Source: Octopus sinensis (Eukaryota). From it: DNA of 64,000 nucleotides. The stretch is taken from positions 29,264,001 through 29,328,000 of the forward strand of contig NC_043010.1 of assembly GCF_006345805.1 (NCBI RefSeq), written 5' to 3'. Position 1 is the first letter of the stretch, and each line of letters starts with the position of its first letter. The position numbers and the translations under genes were made by a program. Of the stretch, positions 25,063 to 37,700 are shown piece after piece. The notes below the pieces were generated by a model. That model ran no database searches. It had not been told where the DNA came from and saw only the letters and a list, made by a program, of their open reading frames with translations.

Positions 25063-26372
25063 AGAGAAAGAGCAGAAGATTGAATTGTTGGAGGTGAAGG
25101 TGAAGGTGAATGAATCGGTGATGTGGTAGGGGCAGTAGTGGGTACCAGTGAGGATGGTGGTGATGGAGAGTGAGAGGCAGTGTGGGCGAGAGCAAGGGAA
25201 AGAGCTAGGTAGAATATAAGGGGAAGGGAGGAAGCTAAGGACCAAAAGGTCACGCAGGTTATGGGTACGTTTGAAGGCGGGGAGGATCAGTTGAGGAAGA
25301 TGTAGGAAATGGAAGGGAAGATTGGAGTCAGCGGAAGGCCGGAAGAATGACGCAGTGGGGGGGGGGCAGGTGAGGGGGAGGAAAGGGAGGTGGGTAAGGA
25401 TGGTGGGGGGGAGCGGGTTGAGAGAGCGGATGCACCGTCAAAAGATCAGGCACGGGTGAGGGCGGTTTGGATAACGGTATGGAGTATCTCCGTTTGGTGG
25501 AGTGGCGAGCCATGAGTTGAGACTATATCAAAGTAATGGTCGTCACTACAGAGCCGGCGGAGACGGAATGAACTGAGTACGGGATGCACAATCTGGAGTG
25601 AGTAAGGTGGGAGGAGGAGGTTGAATGAAGAGTGTACGTCTGTAGGTTTACAGGGAATGGGCTGGTAAGGTGGCGAGCTGGCAGAAACGTTAGCGCGCCG
25701 GGCGAAATGCTTGGAGGTATTTCGTCTGCCGTTACGTTCTGAGTTCAAATTCCGCCGAGCTCGACTTTGCCTTTCATCCTTTCGGGGTCGATAAATTAAG
25801 TACCAGTCATGCACTGGGATCGATATAATCGATTTAATCCGTTTGTCTGTCCTTGTTTATCCCCTCTATGTTTAGCCCCTTGTGGGCAATATAGAAATAA
25901 GAGAGGAGTGGTGGATGGTAACAGAAATGTTAAGAAAGTTGACAGAGGTGTTGGCGATAGAACAGGAATTCGAGGGCAGGATGGAAGAGAGGAAGGAGTC
26001 AAGTTGTTTACAGGAGAGTGAAGTCGCACCGATACAGACGTCAATGTAACGAGAGTTGGACCGATTAACTGAGAGAATATTTAGGCCTCAAAATAGCCAG
26101 CAAACAGGTTCGCACAGTTGGGCCCATTCTCGTTCTATGGCCACTCCTGATGATAAACTTAACGAGTGAACAACGAGAAGTAATGTAGAGAAAGGACAAG
26201 TTCAGCCAAACTGAGGAAGCTAGAGGTGTCACGTTGAGGATCAGGACGAAATTTGAGGAAATATCTTAAAGCAAGGAGGTTTTCGTTGTGAGGGATAACA
26301 GTGTATAAGGATTTTATGTCAAGGGTGAACAGGAGACTGGAAGGGGCGGTAGGAAGGGAGACAAAAGTTTCG
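24700..26372 (-). pseudogene. Decayed Penelope-like (Neptune-type) RT plus GIY-YIG ORF
   Basis: Motifs in the expected order: LFTLDIKSLYTVIPH...LAELVL (RT), RLRRLCSDD (thumb), FPCSRPHC (Cys linker), FTFTSNNSIFC and LYIRQT (GIY-YIG). Interrupted by a SINE and a (GA)n tract. Confidence 0.8.
25667..25902 (+). mobile_element. tRNA-derived SINE, family B, full length, nested in the PLE
   Basis: GGCGAGCTGGCAGAAACGTTAGC head, GAGTTCAAATTCC B box, core CTTTCATCCTTTCGGGGTCGATAAATTAAGTACCAG. Confidence 0.85.
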
Positions 26373-26439
26373 AAATGTCGATATTTATGTGTGTGTGTGT
26401 ACATGTATATGTGTGTATACACACACACACAAACATATA

Positions 26440-26637
26440 TGCTTTTATTTGGATGTCATTTAATTGCGGCCATGCTGGAGCATGACCTTTAGTCGAGCAT
26501 ATCACCCCAGGACTTATTCTTTGTAAGCCTAGTACTTATTCTATCGGTCTATTGCCTAACCGCTAAATTACGGGGACGTAAACGCACCAGCATCGGTTCT
26601 CAAGCGATCTTGTGGGGACAAACACAAACACACAAAC

Positions 26638-26700
<63 letters not shown>

Positions 26701-26861
26701 GACGGGCCTCTTTCAGTTTCCGTCTACCAAATCCACTCACAAAGCTTTGGTCGGCTCGAGGCAATTATAAAAGACACTTGACCAAGGTGCCACGCAGTGG
26801 GACTGAACTCGGAACCATGTGGTTGGTAAGCAAGCTACTTACCACATAGCCACTCCTGCGC
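26440..26861 (-). mobile_element. tRNA-derived SINE, family A, with internal TA microsatellite
   Basis: Reverse complement of the copy at 35196-35667. Confidence 0.85.
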
Positions 26862-27368
26862 GGATTTGGTTGTGTGTTGAAGCATATTTTATTGTGTCTG
26901 GGGAGAGTCATTCTCTTTTAGTGCTTTGTTATTTAAAACACTGGTTCGGCTTCCACTCATTTACTTGCTTATTTTTTCTAAAATTTTCGTTGCGTCTTGC
27001 AACCTTTTATATCGAGGGTATGAGAGGTATTGGTGTCAAGACGACCCAAAGGTGTCAGATAATGCCGAGTAAGTGCTTCGGACAGACTATAGTTAAGTTC
27101 CAGGTTCGATGATGATACGAATGAGAAGTCCAACGTATAAAAATTAACAGAATGACATACAAAACTCCAAGGCTGTGAAAATTTTCAGAACATTTATAAA
27201 GAAGTCTTACACAAGGTACAGGAAACTTATAGATACACTATTCTGCTTAAATAATGGAACTGCAGATACAATATACTTACGTATCTTACGTCTGTTTTCA
27301 TTCCTCCACTTCACTCTGTATTTCATATCTTCTCTAGAAAAACTATTACTTAATCATTTTCTCGCACC

Positions 27369-27416
27369 GTCTGTGATGAAGGGATATATAAAATATCCCG
27401 GAAACAGCTGTAAGAC
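27369..27416 (+). ncRNA. Hammerhead fold with core mutation (GTGATGA)
   Basis: GTCT-GTGATGA-AGGGATAT.ATAAA.ATATCCCG-GAAA-CAGCTG-TA-AGAC; stem III is the palindrome ACAGCTGT. Confidence 0.6.
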
Positions 27417-27509
27417 TTCTTTATAAATGTTTTAAAACCTTTCACACCCTTGGATGTTTTTTTTTTTATCTCATTCTGTTAATTTATATATATATGCCAT
27501 GATAGATCG

Positions 27510-27702
27510 TTAGCCACTACACACATTTTTTTTTCTCTCCTTGTTTCTCCTTGTTTTTTCTGTGTCCCTTTCTGTAGAAGAGCGTAGGCTCCAAACGTAA
27601 AAGACTTTTTCTATTCCTGTGCGTTATACTAATACATCTGTTTGTTTTGTACACCACCTGTCTTCGTCTTTTGTTTTTTTTTTGTATTTTCGTAAACTCC
27701 CT
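27510..27702 (+). mobile_element. Penelope-like terminal repeat fragment (same family as 3093-3270)
   Basis: Near-identical to 3093-3270. Hammerhead-like motif at 27568-27603 with GAAA mutated to CAAA. Confidence 0.6.
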
Positions 27703-27703
27703 T

Positions 27704-27746
<43 letters not shown>

Positions 27747-27830
27747 TTATATATATATATATCAGAATTTTTTGCCTAATAAGATAAAAAACCAAGGGTG
27801 TATATATATTAGAGCATTTATAGTTAGAAG

Positions 27831-27882
27831 GTCTTACAGCTGTTTCTAGGATATTAATTAATAATATCCCTTCATTGGAGAC
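27831..27882 (-). ncRNA. Hammerhead fold, decayed core (CCAATGA); same family as 27369-27416
   Basis: GTCT-CCAATGA-AGGGATATT..AATATCCTA-GAAA-CAGCTG-TA-AGAC. Confidence 0.55.
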
Positions 27883-28096
27883 GATGTGAGAGGAAAAATT
27901 AAGTCATAGTTAGTTTTGATGTGATACAAAATAGAGAGTGAGGTGGAGGAAAGAAAATAGATGCAAGATATGCATGGGTATTGAATTTGTAAATCCGTTT
28001 TATAGACATAGTGGTATATATGCAATATTCCAATATCCTTTGATATCTATCTATCTATTATCTATCTATCTATATCTATCTATCTATCTATCTATC

Positions 28097-28148
<52 letters not shown>

Positions 28149-28157
28149 ATATATATA

Positions 28158-28218
<61 letters not shown>

Positions 28219-29271
28219 CTACGGGTACTGGAGTATAACTACCTACTACGTATATTTCCAATTTAGTACTGGGGGTGTTGCATTTATGAGGACGTACTTC
28301 TGTATTTGCTTGAGTCTCTCGGGTCCTTCGGGTGCCTAGATAAAATGCAGATGTCAAATTGACCCAGTGTGACGAAAAGGAATCTTTCTGCTCATTTCCT
28401 TCCTGAAGACAACACGTGCTTATACCTGTCTCCTCTCATAAGCTCGTCTTCCTAGCGTTCATAATAATTTTTCTATCGTCTTGGCTTAACAACCCCCACC
28501 GCTTGTTTTTACTGTCTTGTTCTCACTGTCCTGTTCTTGTTACCACTTCCACTCTCCGCAAAAAATCCAAAATTTTATTTAATTTTCTTTGCGGTTAGGA
28601 TTGTTTCAATGAAGTCGCGTATTGTCCTTGCCTTCGAATGCGGACTAGATGAAATAGGGCCAACTGATGAAGGGGAATATTCTTTATGTTGCATGTCTCG
28701 TTTCTCTGTTTGTTTCTTCGTTGTTCGAAAAAAGTTCGTTTTCTATGTTTTCGTTTCTCATTGTGTTCAACGTTTTTTTTTATGTCCTGTACCCATATAT
28801 GCATGTATATATACATATATATGTAGGTATGTACATATATGTATGTATATATGCATATATTTATATATTATTTATATTATATATACATGTATGTATGTAT
28901 GTATGTATGTATGTATGCATGCATGTATGTATGTATGTATGTATGTATGTATATGCATATGTATGTAGGTAAATGGATATAAATGTAAAAAGATAGACAT
29001 ACAGATAAATAGATACATAGGTAATATGGACAGACAAGCACACACACGCACACATACATACGAGAATGAAGACTGAAACACATGACCATATACGCACACA
29101 CACGAACACACAAACACATGAATATGCAGAATACATACATACAAACGTACACACATGCATACACACACACACATACACACACACACATATATATATCTGT
29201 ATCAGATAAATTCCTCTATTTACATACTATCGCGGTCTCTTTCTTTGTTTTGTTGTCTTACCATTTTTTAT

Positions 29272-29302
<31 letters not shown>

Positions 29303-29383
29303 ACACAGTGGAGTTGTGGGGTACCGCACGAGTGGAATTATATACGAAAGAAGGTTTGAAAATGCAATTTAAAAGATGTTTAT

Positions 29384-29428
29384 TTACTTTACCGGTTTCA
29401 CTCTTTGGAAAAAGATTGTCAAAAGTAA
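29384..29428 (-). ncRNA. Minimal hammerhead fold with U3:A8 core variant
   Basis: TTACTT-TTGACAA-TCTTT.TTCC.AAAGA.GT-GAAA-CCGG-TA-AAGTAA. Stem I is a perfect 6 bp and stem III is the palindrome ACCGGT. Confidence 0.6.
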
Positions 29429-29520
29429 CATGTAGAAGTTTGGTTGCGTTAATTATTGGTTGTTGCAAATTGCTACATTACATATATACAGTCTTTGGTA
29501 ACAGGGACATGTTAAGGACA

Positions 29521-29860
29521 TAAAAAAGTTCAACAAGTTCCTTAAAATATTGGGCACAAAAGATTACTACATAAATAATCGTTCTCAAGGACATGCTTAA
29601 GATAGTTTCCATAAGGAATTGATATTGGTATAGTATCTGTATATTCAAACATGCACAGAATATTGGTTGACACAGAGTACTATAATCCATATAAATATAC
29701 ATTCTTTGGTGACGAGAGTATGTTGAGAATATAAAAAAGTTTAACAAGCTCATTGAAATAATGGGCACAAAAGATTACAACAAATATATTATACATCTCA
29801 AGATAATTTCCAGGAGCAATTATGAAAAAAGTTCAGTATACACGTACAGAATATTATGAG
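29521..29860. repeat. Diverged tandem duplication, unit about 210 bp
   Basis: taaaaaagtt(c/t)aacaag..tgggcacaaaagattac..aagata(g/a)tttcca occurs at about 29521 and about 29732. Confidence 0.7.
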
Positions 29861-30001
29861 TTCAAAAAGATTTACATTATAATATATATATATATATATA
29901 TATATCATTTCGTTCCTGTCGAATTTTATCCCTAATTTTTGTGGTTATAGAACCTAGCTGTTCTTTCTAGCGTGTTGAATTCTTATAAGTGGATTCCTTA
30001 T

Positions 30002-30062
<61 letters not shown>

Positions 30063-30064
<2 letters not shown>

Positions 30065-30330
30065 AAAAGTAACATGTGACAATTATTCGGTAGCCATGAT
30101 AAAACTCCGAAGTGGAAATCTACGCTGCTATCTCTTCAGTTATCCGGCCATCGGAAAAATGCTGATGGCCGGATAACTGAAGAGATGGCGGCGTGGATTT
30201 CCACCACGGCATCCGAAACTCGGAGTTTTATCATGGCTACCGAATAATTGTCACATATTACTTTTACAGATAAATTCCTCTATTTACATAATATCGAGGC
30301 CTCTTTCTTTCTTTTGTTGTCTTACCATTC
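30063..30330. mobile_element. Fold-back Penelope-like module next to a TA tract
   Basis: Arms at about 30063-30153 and 30162-30268 are reverse complements around a short loop. The 3' tail also occurs at 29202-29265. Confidence 0.8.
30172..30232 (+). ncRNA. Type I hammerhead ribozyme, canonical core
   Basis: GATAA-CTGAAGA-GATG..GTGG.ATTT.CCAC..CATCC-GAAA-CTCGGAG-TT-TTATC. Stem I is a perfect 5 bp; predicted GUU cleavage after 30227. Confidence 0.8.
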
Positions 30331-31697
30331 GACTTTACCTTTCATCCTCTCGGGGTCGATTAAATAAGTACCAGTTACGCACTGGGATCGATATAATCGA
30401 TTTAATGCGTTTGTCTGTCCTTGTTTGTCCTCTCTGTGTTCAGCCCCATGTTGGTAGTAAAGAAATAAGTTAATTGTTAATCACAACTGTCATTCGTGTT
30501 TTACTGATCTTCGGAAGCTTATCTGACAGTCCAATGGACATGGTCTGTATCCTAACCTGAGTAGTGACTTCGTTTGATCTCTTGATGTCTTTAGTGTAGT
30601 TATTACCATCCATGATGCAGGTTACTTTGTACTCTAATCTCTTTACACCCACTGAGGCAGGCGGACTGCGGTTGGACAGTATTTTGTTGGTTGTGGTCTG
30701 CCCAGTTTGAAGAGGGGAGCAGCTGTCCGTTGAGAAACAATGGCTATCACTCAATCTAAATCTATCCCTGCCACCTGGCGCCGCACCAGTTTGAATACAT
30801 GTTTATAATCGGAATACAACTGCTTTCCGTGGTGATTTTGGAGTGCCCTTTCCAGGGCGCAGGCAAGGATAGTGTTAGTATGAGAGCCCAGCAGTAGTTC
30901 ATGTAACAAGTTTCCCATCTCAAGCTACTGATGTTTTCCAAAGGAAGCAAGGGTGAGTAAAATTTGACACCAATGTTATCGCAGAAGTTGCCAGAACAAT
31001 GCTGGAAACAACGTAAGACTTTCTCATGGACTTCATCTCCGGATTTTTCTTCAGGATTTACTCCTGAAGCCTTTGCCAATGGCTGGGTATGGCAGCAATG
31101 CAGCAAGGATTCTTCTTGTTTTAGATGAACTGCCTTTCCAGGCTAATAACTCCCCTTTACTCGAAGTATTGGTTTTAAGGCACTAGCTCTTGCCTTTACA
31201 CTTCTTTTCCTCTCAGTAGAAGCAGTCCCACTGAATTTCGAGACTAAGTCGCCCAAATAAGTTATGGGTTGGACTTGATGTTATTCCCACTACCATTTTT
31301 CGGCCTGATTATCTTGGAACCATGAATATGTTATTAACATATCTGATTGCTGTGTGGTTATGTTTGAGAACGACTTTGTTTTCCACGTTAGTCACGTTGA
31401 GACTGTGAATGTTGATCTGAGCTGGCAGTCCATAGGCACCCCGAACTAAGAAACTTCAGCTACGCAAGTCAACAAACTTTTCCATGTTGTTTCTTGGTAT
31501 CGCAAATGGTGTTTATAACCTGATGTATGTAGAGTTTAGCCCACTCTATAGACTGGAACGTTGACGAAAAAGTTTTTGACGAATAAGGAAATTTTGTCTA
31601 ATTTGGATCGTTTGCATTTCTGTTTTTTGCGCATGTTTAATACAAAACATTGGATATCTTTGGATTAAGTTCAAAGTCGCATTTTGTTGGAGAAATA

Positions 31698-32510
31698 TGT
31701 AATCGATAGTTTTCTATTACTAATACTAAGTTCAATAACGTGGACGAGAAGCCAACTTGTTGATTGTAATAAACCAAATTATTAGATGTTGATGGGTGGG
31801 TCGATCCGAGAGCAGGACAGCGGGTATAGCCACGTGGGACTCACCAACTTCGTCCGACGGCATTCAGCGACCTCCATCTCCGTCGCACCCATTCGTCTTA
31901 ACGTCTACATCTCTACGTACTCGCCCAGGTTACAACACTGCACTGTTCGTGAACTACTTCACCATGGATCAACAGCGAATATACAGCCTGTGAGAACTCT
32001 TGTACAAAGTGACCTAGGTAGCAGCATCACAGCTACAACTTCACGTACGACATGTACCGCAACTGGCTCTGCATCGTCGCCGCAACTTCTTGATAAAGTA
32101 TCTCAACTATCGTGTACAATTGACTACGAACTGGTGTTTATCATTCTTGTATCTATGAACTTACTCCTCACTTCGATGGCTATAAACTCTTCCACTGTCT
32201 CTTCTTCTTCGCCATCTTTGTATGTTCTTAACGTGCATATATATATGCCTACATACATACGCATACATCTTATTCTTATGACGGTCTGTCTATTATTCTG
32301 TATATATGACGCACACACAATCACACATGTTAACATATCAATAAATCTTCTCTTAAATATTCTACCCGGTTGAGTCTCTTATTTCCCTCTGGCACATGTA
32401 TGCATTGTTCTATTTATATTTATTGTATCAACCGTGTGATGTACTAAGGAGCCAAAATCATCACCGCTTCGCACGGACATCGCAACTCGTTCCAACTCCT
32501 TGAAACTACA
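31698..32510 (+). mobile_element. Probable solo LTR (813 bp)
   Basis: TGTA...TACA termini, flanks AAATA/AAACA (5-bp TSD with one mismatch), CpG-rich body, TATAAA at about 32181 and AATAAA at about 32340. Confidence 0.5.
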
Positions 32511-32522
32511 AAACAATTATAA

Positions 32523-34740
32523 CACTGGTCAACAAAATGAAACTTTTTTTAATCATTAGAGTTGCTGATTGACTTTACTGGGTTAATTTTTGATGCCGAT
32601 AACAAATCTGAAGTCTGATTTCCTCTATCAGGTCACATTTTCATGTTTATGATGCCTGCTGTTTTAACTTATAGGATACGTAAAGCATGTCTATATAAAG
32701 TATATTGAATGCAAGATACGATAATTTCATGGCTTTTTATTGTACAAAATTAAAATTATTGTTAGAATACACTCAAATGTATAACAACTTAAAATCTTTG
32801 GGATTTAGACTTTCCATAGTGTTTTATCTCAGGTTCATCCCTGTATAACATCCAACAATAGCCAGCTAACATCCCTGCATTCCAAAATCCTTGTTCCATC
32901 GATGCAATATCTTGATGAAGGCATTCCCCTTGCTCATCGGACACTGCTCCAAGTTTCTCTGCAAAAAAGTCCAGATGTGAATCAAGGAAATGGACTTTTA
33001 ATGACATCCGACAGCCCTTTGCAGCGTAGGAGTCTAGAAGACATTTCACTCCATTTCTAAACTCTAGAGATCTCTTGTCACCCAGGAAATTTTCAAAGAG
33101 CCATTTGAAGGATTCCCAGGCTTTAAGCTCAATCTCATCCAGTGCTGTGAGGAAGTGGTTGTCCTTCAGGAGTTCTTTTATCTGCGGACCTATGAATACG
33201 CCCTCCATCAGTTTTGCCTCTGTGATTTTTGGAAATTTGGCCATCACATACTCAAAGCCTTTTGAGTTTTCCCTGGCAAGTGTCTTCACGAATTGTTTTA
33301 TGAGGCCAAGCTTTATGTGAAGAGGGGGAAGAAGAATATTTTCTGGTTTTAAAAGTGGCTTACTCCGGACGCTAGAAACTCCCGGCTCATATGATTTTCG
33401 CAAAGGCCACTCTAATTGCACATAGTACTTGTTAGTTGCACGACTGTTCCATAGGCTTAAAAAGCAACAATATTTCGTGAACCCAGATTGCATTCCCATC
33501 AACATTCCAGTCACCTCCAAGTCTCCACATATTTTCCAGCTGTAGTTTGTATACTTTATGGCATTGAGGTGTACTTGCATGTTTTCATAACATTCCTTCA
33601 TGTACACTGAATGTCCTATGGAAATGGATGGTTTCTTATTGTGTAGTAGTAGTGCCTCGAGGCTTCTCTTAGATGAATCATTGAATAAGCGCCATTCAGC
33701 TGGAACATGCTCTTGGAACAAACAGCGAAATAATTCATCAATGTTACTACTGAAACTAAGTGGTCCATCAACAGAGAAGCAGATCCCTATTTCTCTTCCT
33801 GAAATGAGTAATACAAGCATTTTTCTTAAGCAGACACTTTTCTTGTAGGCGAGATGCTAATAGTTCAGCTTTATCCTTCAACAATGACAAGTCTCTAACT
33901 AAATCATTTAACTCTCCTTGAGAAAATTTCTGAGGTACGTCTTCATTTTCAATTGTGAAATCTGCATCCACTTCGGTATCTTCCTCAGCAGTAGTATTTT
34001 CTTCAGGAAATACATCTTCAAAAGACATCTGAAGGCCATTTTCTGGTGGTATTAAAATAGGAAGATCATCATCGTTGAGTGGTACTGGTCTTCTTGCTGA
34101 TTCCAAGCTGGGATACACAATCTTATGCTTGGTCTTTACAGTAAACCCACATACATTAACGTTGCAGAAATAACAGTCCATGAAGTGATCCTTTGGTTCT
34201 CTCCATATCATAGGTATTGCAAACGGCATTGCTCTCTTCCTCTTATTTAGCCAATCCCCAAGTCCATTTGAAGAAGCTGAGCAGATGATGTACAGGGCCC
34301 AACTCTTATCTTGATCCCCGAGAGAGCAGCCAAAGTATAACTGGTAGATCTTCTTGATTTCACTTGTGATGGCACGTTGCTAAGCTTTGGTGGTAAATGA
34401 ACCACAGACACTGACAAAATATATCAGGACTGTTCTTGCAATGCCTTGACATCCTGTGTAGAATTTGATGTTGACGATGATTTGGCACTTTAAACAGAAA
34501 GTAAAATTTATGAAAAGAAAAGGTTATGAAAACATAAATTTACAAAATGAATACAAATAGTTATAAAACAGAAGTCAGACGTTTACGTGTAGCGATACTG
34601 TTGATGAGAGTTATATACCTCTCTTATCAGAAAAACTGTGCCTGATAGAAGGAAACCAATTACATTTTTGAAATCCACGGACAAAACTACATATAAAACA
34701 CCATATAATATCCCTGATGAAAATTTGCTGTTGACCAGTG
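32523..34740 (-). mobile_element. Chapaev3-type (CMC) DNA transposon with both ends, 2218 bp
   Basis: 12-bp TIR CACTGGTCAACA / TGTTGACCAGTG, TAA duplicated on both sides, subterminal inverted motif tctatcagg/cctgataga, and an internal transposase. Confidence 0.88.
32789..34452 (-). pseudogene. Frameshifted Chapaev-type transposase
   Basis: Starts MSRHCKNSPDIFC. Motifs WREPKDH..CYFC, ICGDLEV, LLPPLHIKLGL and SLKVHFLDSHLDFF..LGAVSDEQGE are split over at least three frames. Confidence 0.85.
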
Positions 34741-35195
34741 TAATGGGAGAAGGAGATACTCCACAAATATCTAAACCTTCTTGCCCATTATATACTAAAC
34801 ACTATCGATTCAATCTACACTCTGTTTCACAACTGGAAGGAAACAGTATTTATATGAAATTCTTAATAAGTTCTTGATATTGTTGAAATCAACATACTTG
34901 GTTAGCCGCAACAGCTCAATATTGTTGAGTTAATGACAAATATTGCTTTTCCCTGGCGGCATAATTATTACTTGTTTCAAAATTAGATTATCTTTGCATT
35001 AAATACGTTAATCCTAATACAACAATTTTCTGAATAGTTTAGTCACGTAGAAGGGGTTGCGCATATGATTTTTTGTAGACTTTCCAAAACTAGTGAGGGT
35101 GATGCGCTTGATAATCACCTTGACCATTTACAAGAAATAAGAACTAGATTTGCTTCAGATCACATCCTGCTAATTTAGAAAAGGACACATACATA

Positions 35196-35367
35196 GGCGC
35201 AGGAGTGGCTGTGCGGTAAGTAGCTTGCTAACCAACCACATGGTTCCGGGTTCAGTCCCACTGCGTGACATCTTGGGCAAGTGTCTTCTACTATAGCCCC
35301 GGGCCGACCAATGCCTTGTGAGTGGATTTGGTAGATGGAAACTGAAAGAAGCCTGTCGCATATATAT

Positions 35368-35415
<48 letters not shown>

Positions 35416-35667
35416 TATATATATATATGTACATGTGTGTGTATATGTTTGTGTGTCTGTGTTTGTCCCTCTAGCATTGCTTGACAACCGATGCTGGTGT
35501 GTTTACGTCCCCGTCACTTAGCGGTTCGGCAAAAGAGAGACCGATAGAATAAATACTGGGCTTACAAAGTATAAGTCCCGGGGTCGAGTTGCTCGACTAA
35601 AGGCGGTGCTCCAGCATGGCCGCAGTCAAATGACTGAAACAAGTAAAAGAGTAGAATAAAAGAGTAG
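35196..35667 (+). mobile_element. tRNA-derived SINE, family A, full length
   Basis: GGCGCAGGAGTGGCTGTGCGGTAAG head, GGTTCAGTCCC B box, internal TA tract and AAAAGAGTA tail repeats. Confidence 0.85.
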
Positions 35668-36557
35668 ATTAATATGATTTTAAATGCATTTTTGTGCGGT
35701 TGAGGAAGGGAAACAAGTTGATGGCTGTTGGAACACATTTATAGACCTGAAGCAGTAGGGCGGACCTGGTGCTAAACAACATAAATTTGTTCTCTCGATA
35801 ACAGATTTATTCTGTAAGGTATTTTATTGATCAAGTCGCCTTAAATGAGGATATAGCAGCTCATTGTTTATCTCAAATCAAAACCGTAATAACTGCCGCC
35901 TCGACTCATCTGAAATTATTAACCGAACATTTCTTTCGATTAAATCATTTAAATGTAATCATTTCTAAAAGTGTCTGAGTTCCATACTCAACATTAAACA
36001 TTTTATCACACTCTACCCGCTCTTCGATGTAACTGGAAACACAGGGAGATTAGATAATAATTCTTGCGTAATTGGCAAAAACATTTGTAAAATGTCCGTC
36101 CGATATTACGATCACTTTAACCACTTAAGTTCATATAGAAATAACAGAGAAAAGACGGCGATAGAATTTGTTAGATGACGACTTCCCAGCTTACTCTAGC
36201 TACAGTCGATTCTCGCTATCTGTCGCAAGCGGTGGACATTTTGTACAGACGGCTTATTCTTTAACCATACACCGTTTTCACCTCACTGTGTATGTTTGTG
36301 AGTACTTGACTCTTGTTATCATCATCATCATTACTGTCGTTATAATGGTCTTAGGCAAGGAATGAACTCCACTATGTTTCATTCTCGTTCTTCTAAAAAT
36401 TTAGTGCTTTTAACCTATGTAAGCAACAATTATTCTAATTTTTATTGTGGTTATTGTTGTCGAAGTTAAATGTAAAATTGTTTTTCCTTTCATTTGACAT
36501 TCCTCAAACTGAGCATTTAAGATCCCCCATTCACACACATAAATACATACACATATT

Positions 36558-36612
<55 letters not shown>

Positions 36613-37524
36613 ATGTATCTTTCTCTATCTTTTGTATATATACAAAATTTAGATTCTGCATTTTCCAGTGCTCATATTCACATGTATTTTCTAATACGAT
36701 GCCATCATAACTATGTACACGCAAGATATTGTCATGTAAATGTCTTGACAATTATTTGATCTTGGCAAAATAATAAATAAACAAAAAGAAGCCGCTCCCC
36801 AGACGTAGGCGTGTTCATGCTCATAGCATCGTAATTACTATAGACTCTTCAACTTAAACTGTTAATGTTGTTATATATATAATCAAGTTGTTCAAAATAC
36901 ACACATACATAAACACTCTCTGTATACGTATTTCATATAAGTAGTTTTTTTTATAGCTCTACGACTGTTTGTTTTGTAAATATTTGACTTCATGTTTATA
37001 GTTTACATTTGAGTCATATAAATGCAATTAACGTTGTTATGGAGCTAAACAATTATTAATATGTTCGTATATGTATAAACTTCATCATTTCATGTCTTAC
37101 ATCGCATGTCTTATCCATTCGTTCACTGACAAATCTTTTATCCTCTGTTAAATTGCCAGGTAATTCACTCGCGAACATTTAATCATGTATACAGCATTGT
37201 TTCCGACTTAGACACAAGGCCTGGAATTTGCTGCTAAGGGTATACTCGATTAAATTAACTCTTGTACTTAAGTGGAACTTTATTTTATTGACTCCGAAAA
37301 GATAAAAAGCAAATTGTCCTCGACAAGATTTGAACATTCTCCCCGATGCTACCAATCTTATCAGAAGTATAGATATCCTTTGTCTTGTGTCCGGTCCACC
37401 CGTGATTTTATTTTTATATATGTATATATATATAAATAAAAAAACAATTGCAGCATGGAAGGTGTTTATAAGCAATTTAAAAACACACGTAAACCATTAG
37501 ATTCACTTCAACATTATAATTTAA

Positions 37525-37575
37525 ATCTCCAAAATATTTTCGTCGCTTTGAGACCGCGACCTGTTCACTGACAAA
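37525..37575 (-). ncRNA. Hammerhead fold with G3:C8 core variant
   Basis: TTTGTCA-GTGAACA-G.GTCGC.GGTCTCAAA.GCGAC-GAAA-ATAT-TT-TGG. Stem II is a perfect 5 bp, stem III is palindromic AATATT, and stem I is partly decayed. Confidence 0.55.
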
Positions 37576-37642
37576 ATCCCAAACGGGAACGTGAAACTCC
37601 GAGTAACAGATTTTGTTATATTTCTGCTGCTTTTAAATAAAG

Positions 37643-37700
<58 letters not shown>

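Noticed and set aside
25667-25760. SINE heads (also 11725, 35196, 62017) as tRNA genes
   Set aside because: A/B-box-like motifs are present but there is no complete cloverleaf, and each continues into a multi-copy SINE body.
28655-28700. CTGATGA-AGGGGAATATTCTTT as a hammerhead
   Set aside because: No GAAA or stem III follows; half motif only.
31786-32373. 195-aa ORF
   Set aside because: No recognisable motif; it lies inside the probable solo LTR.
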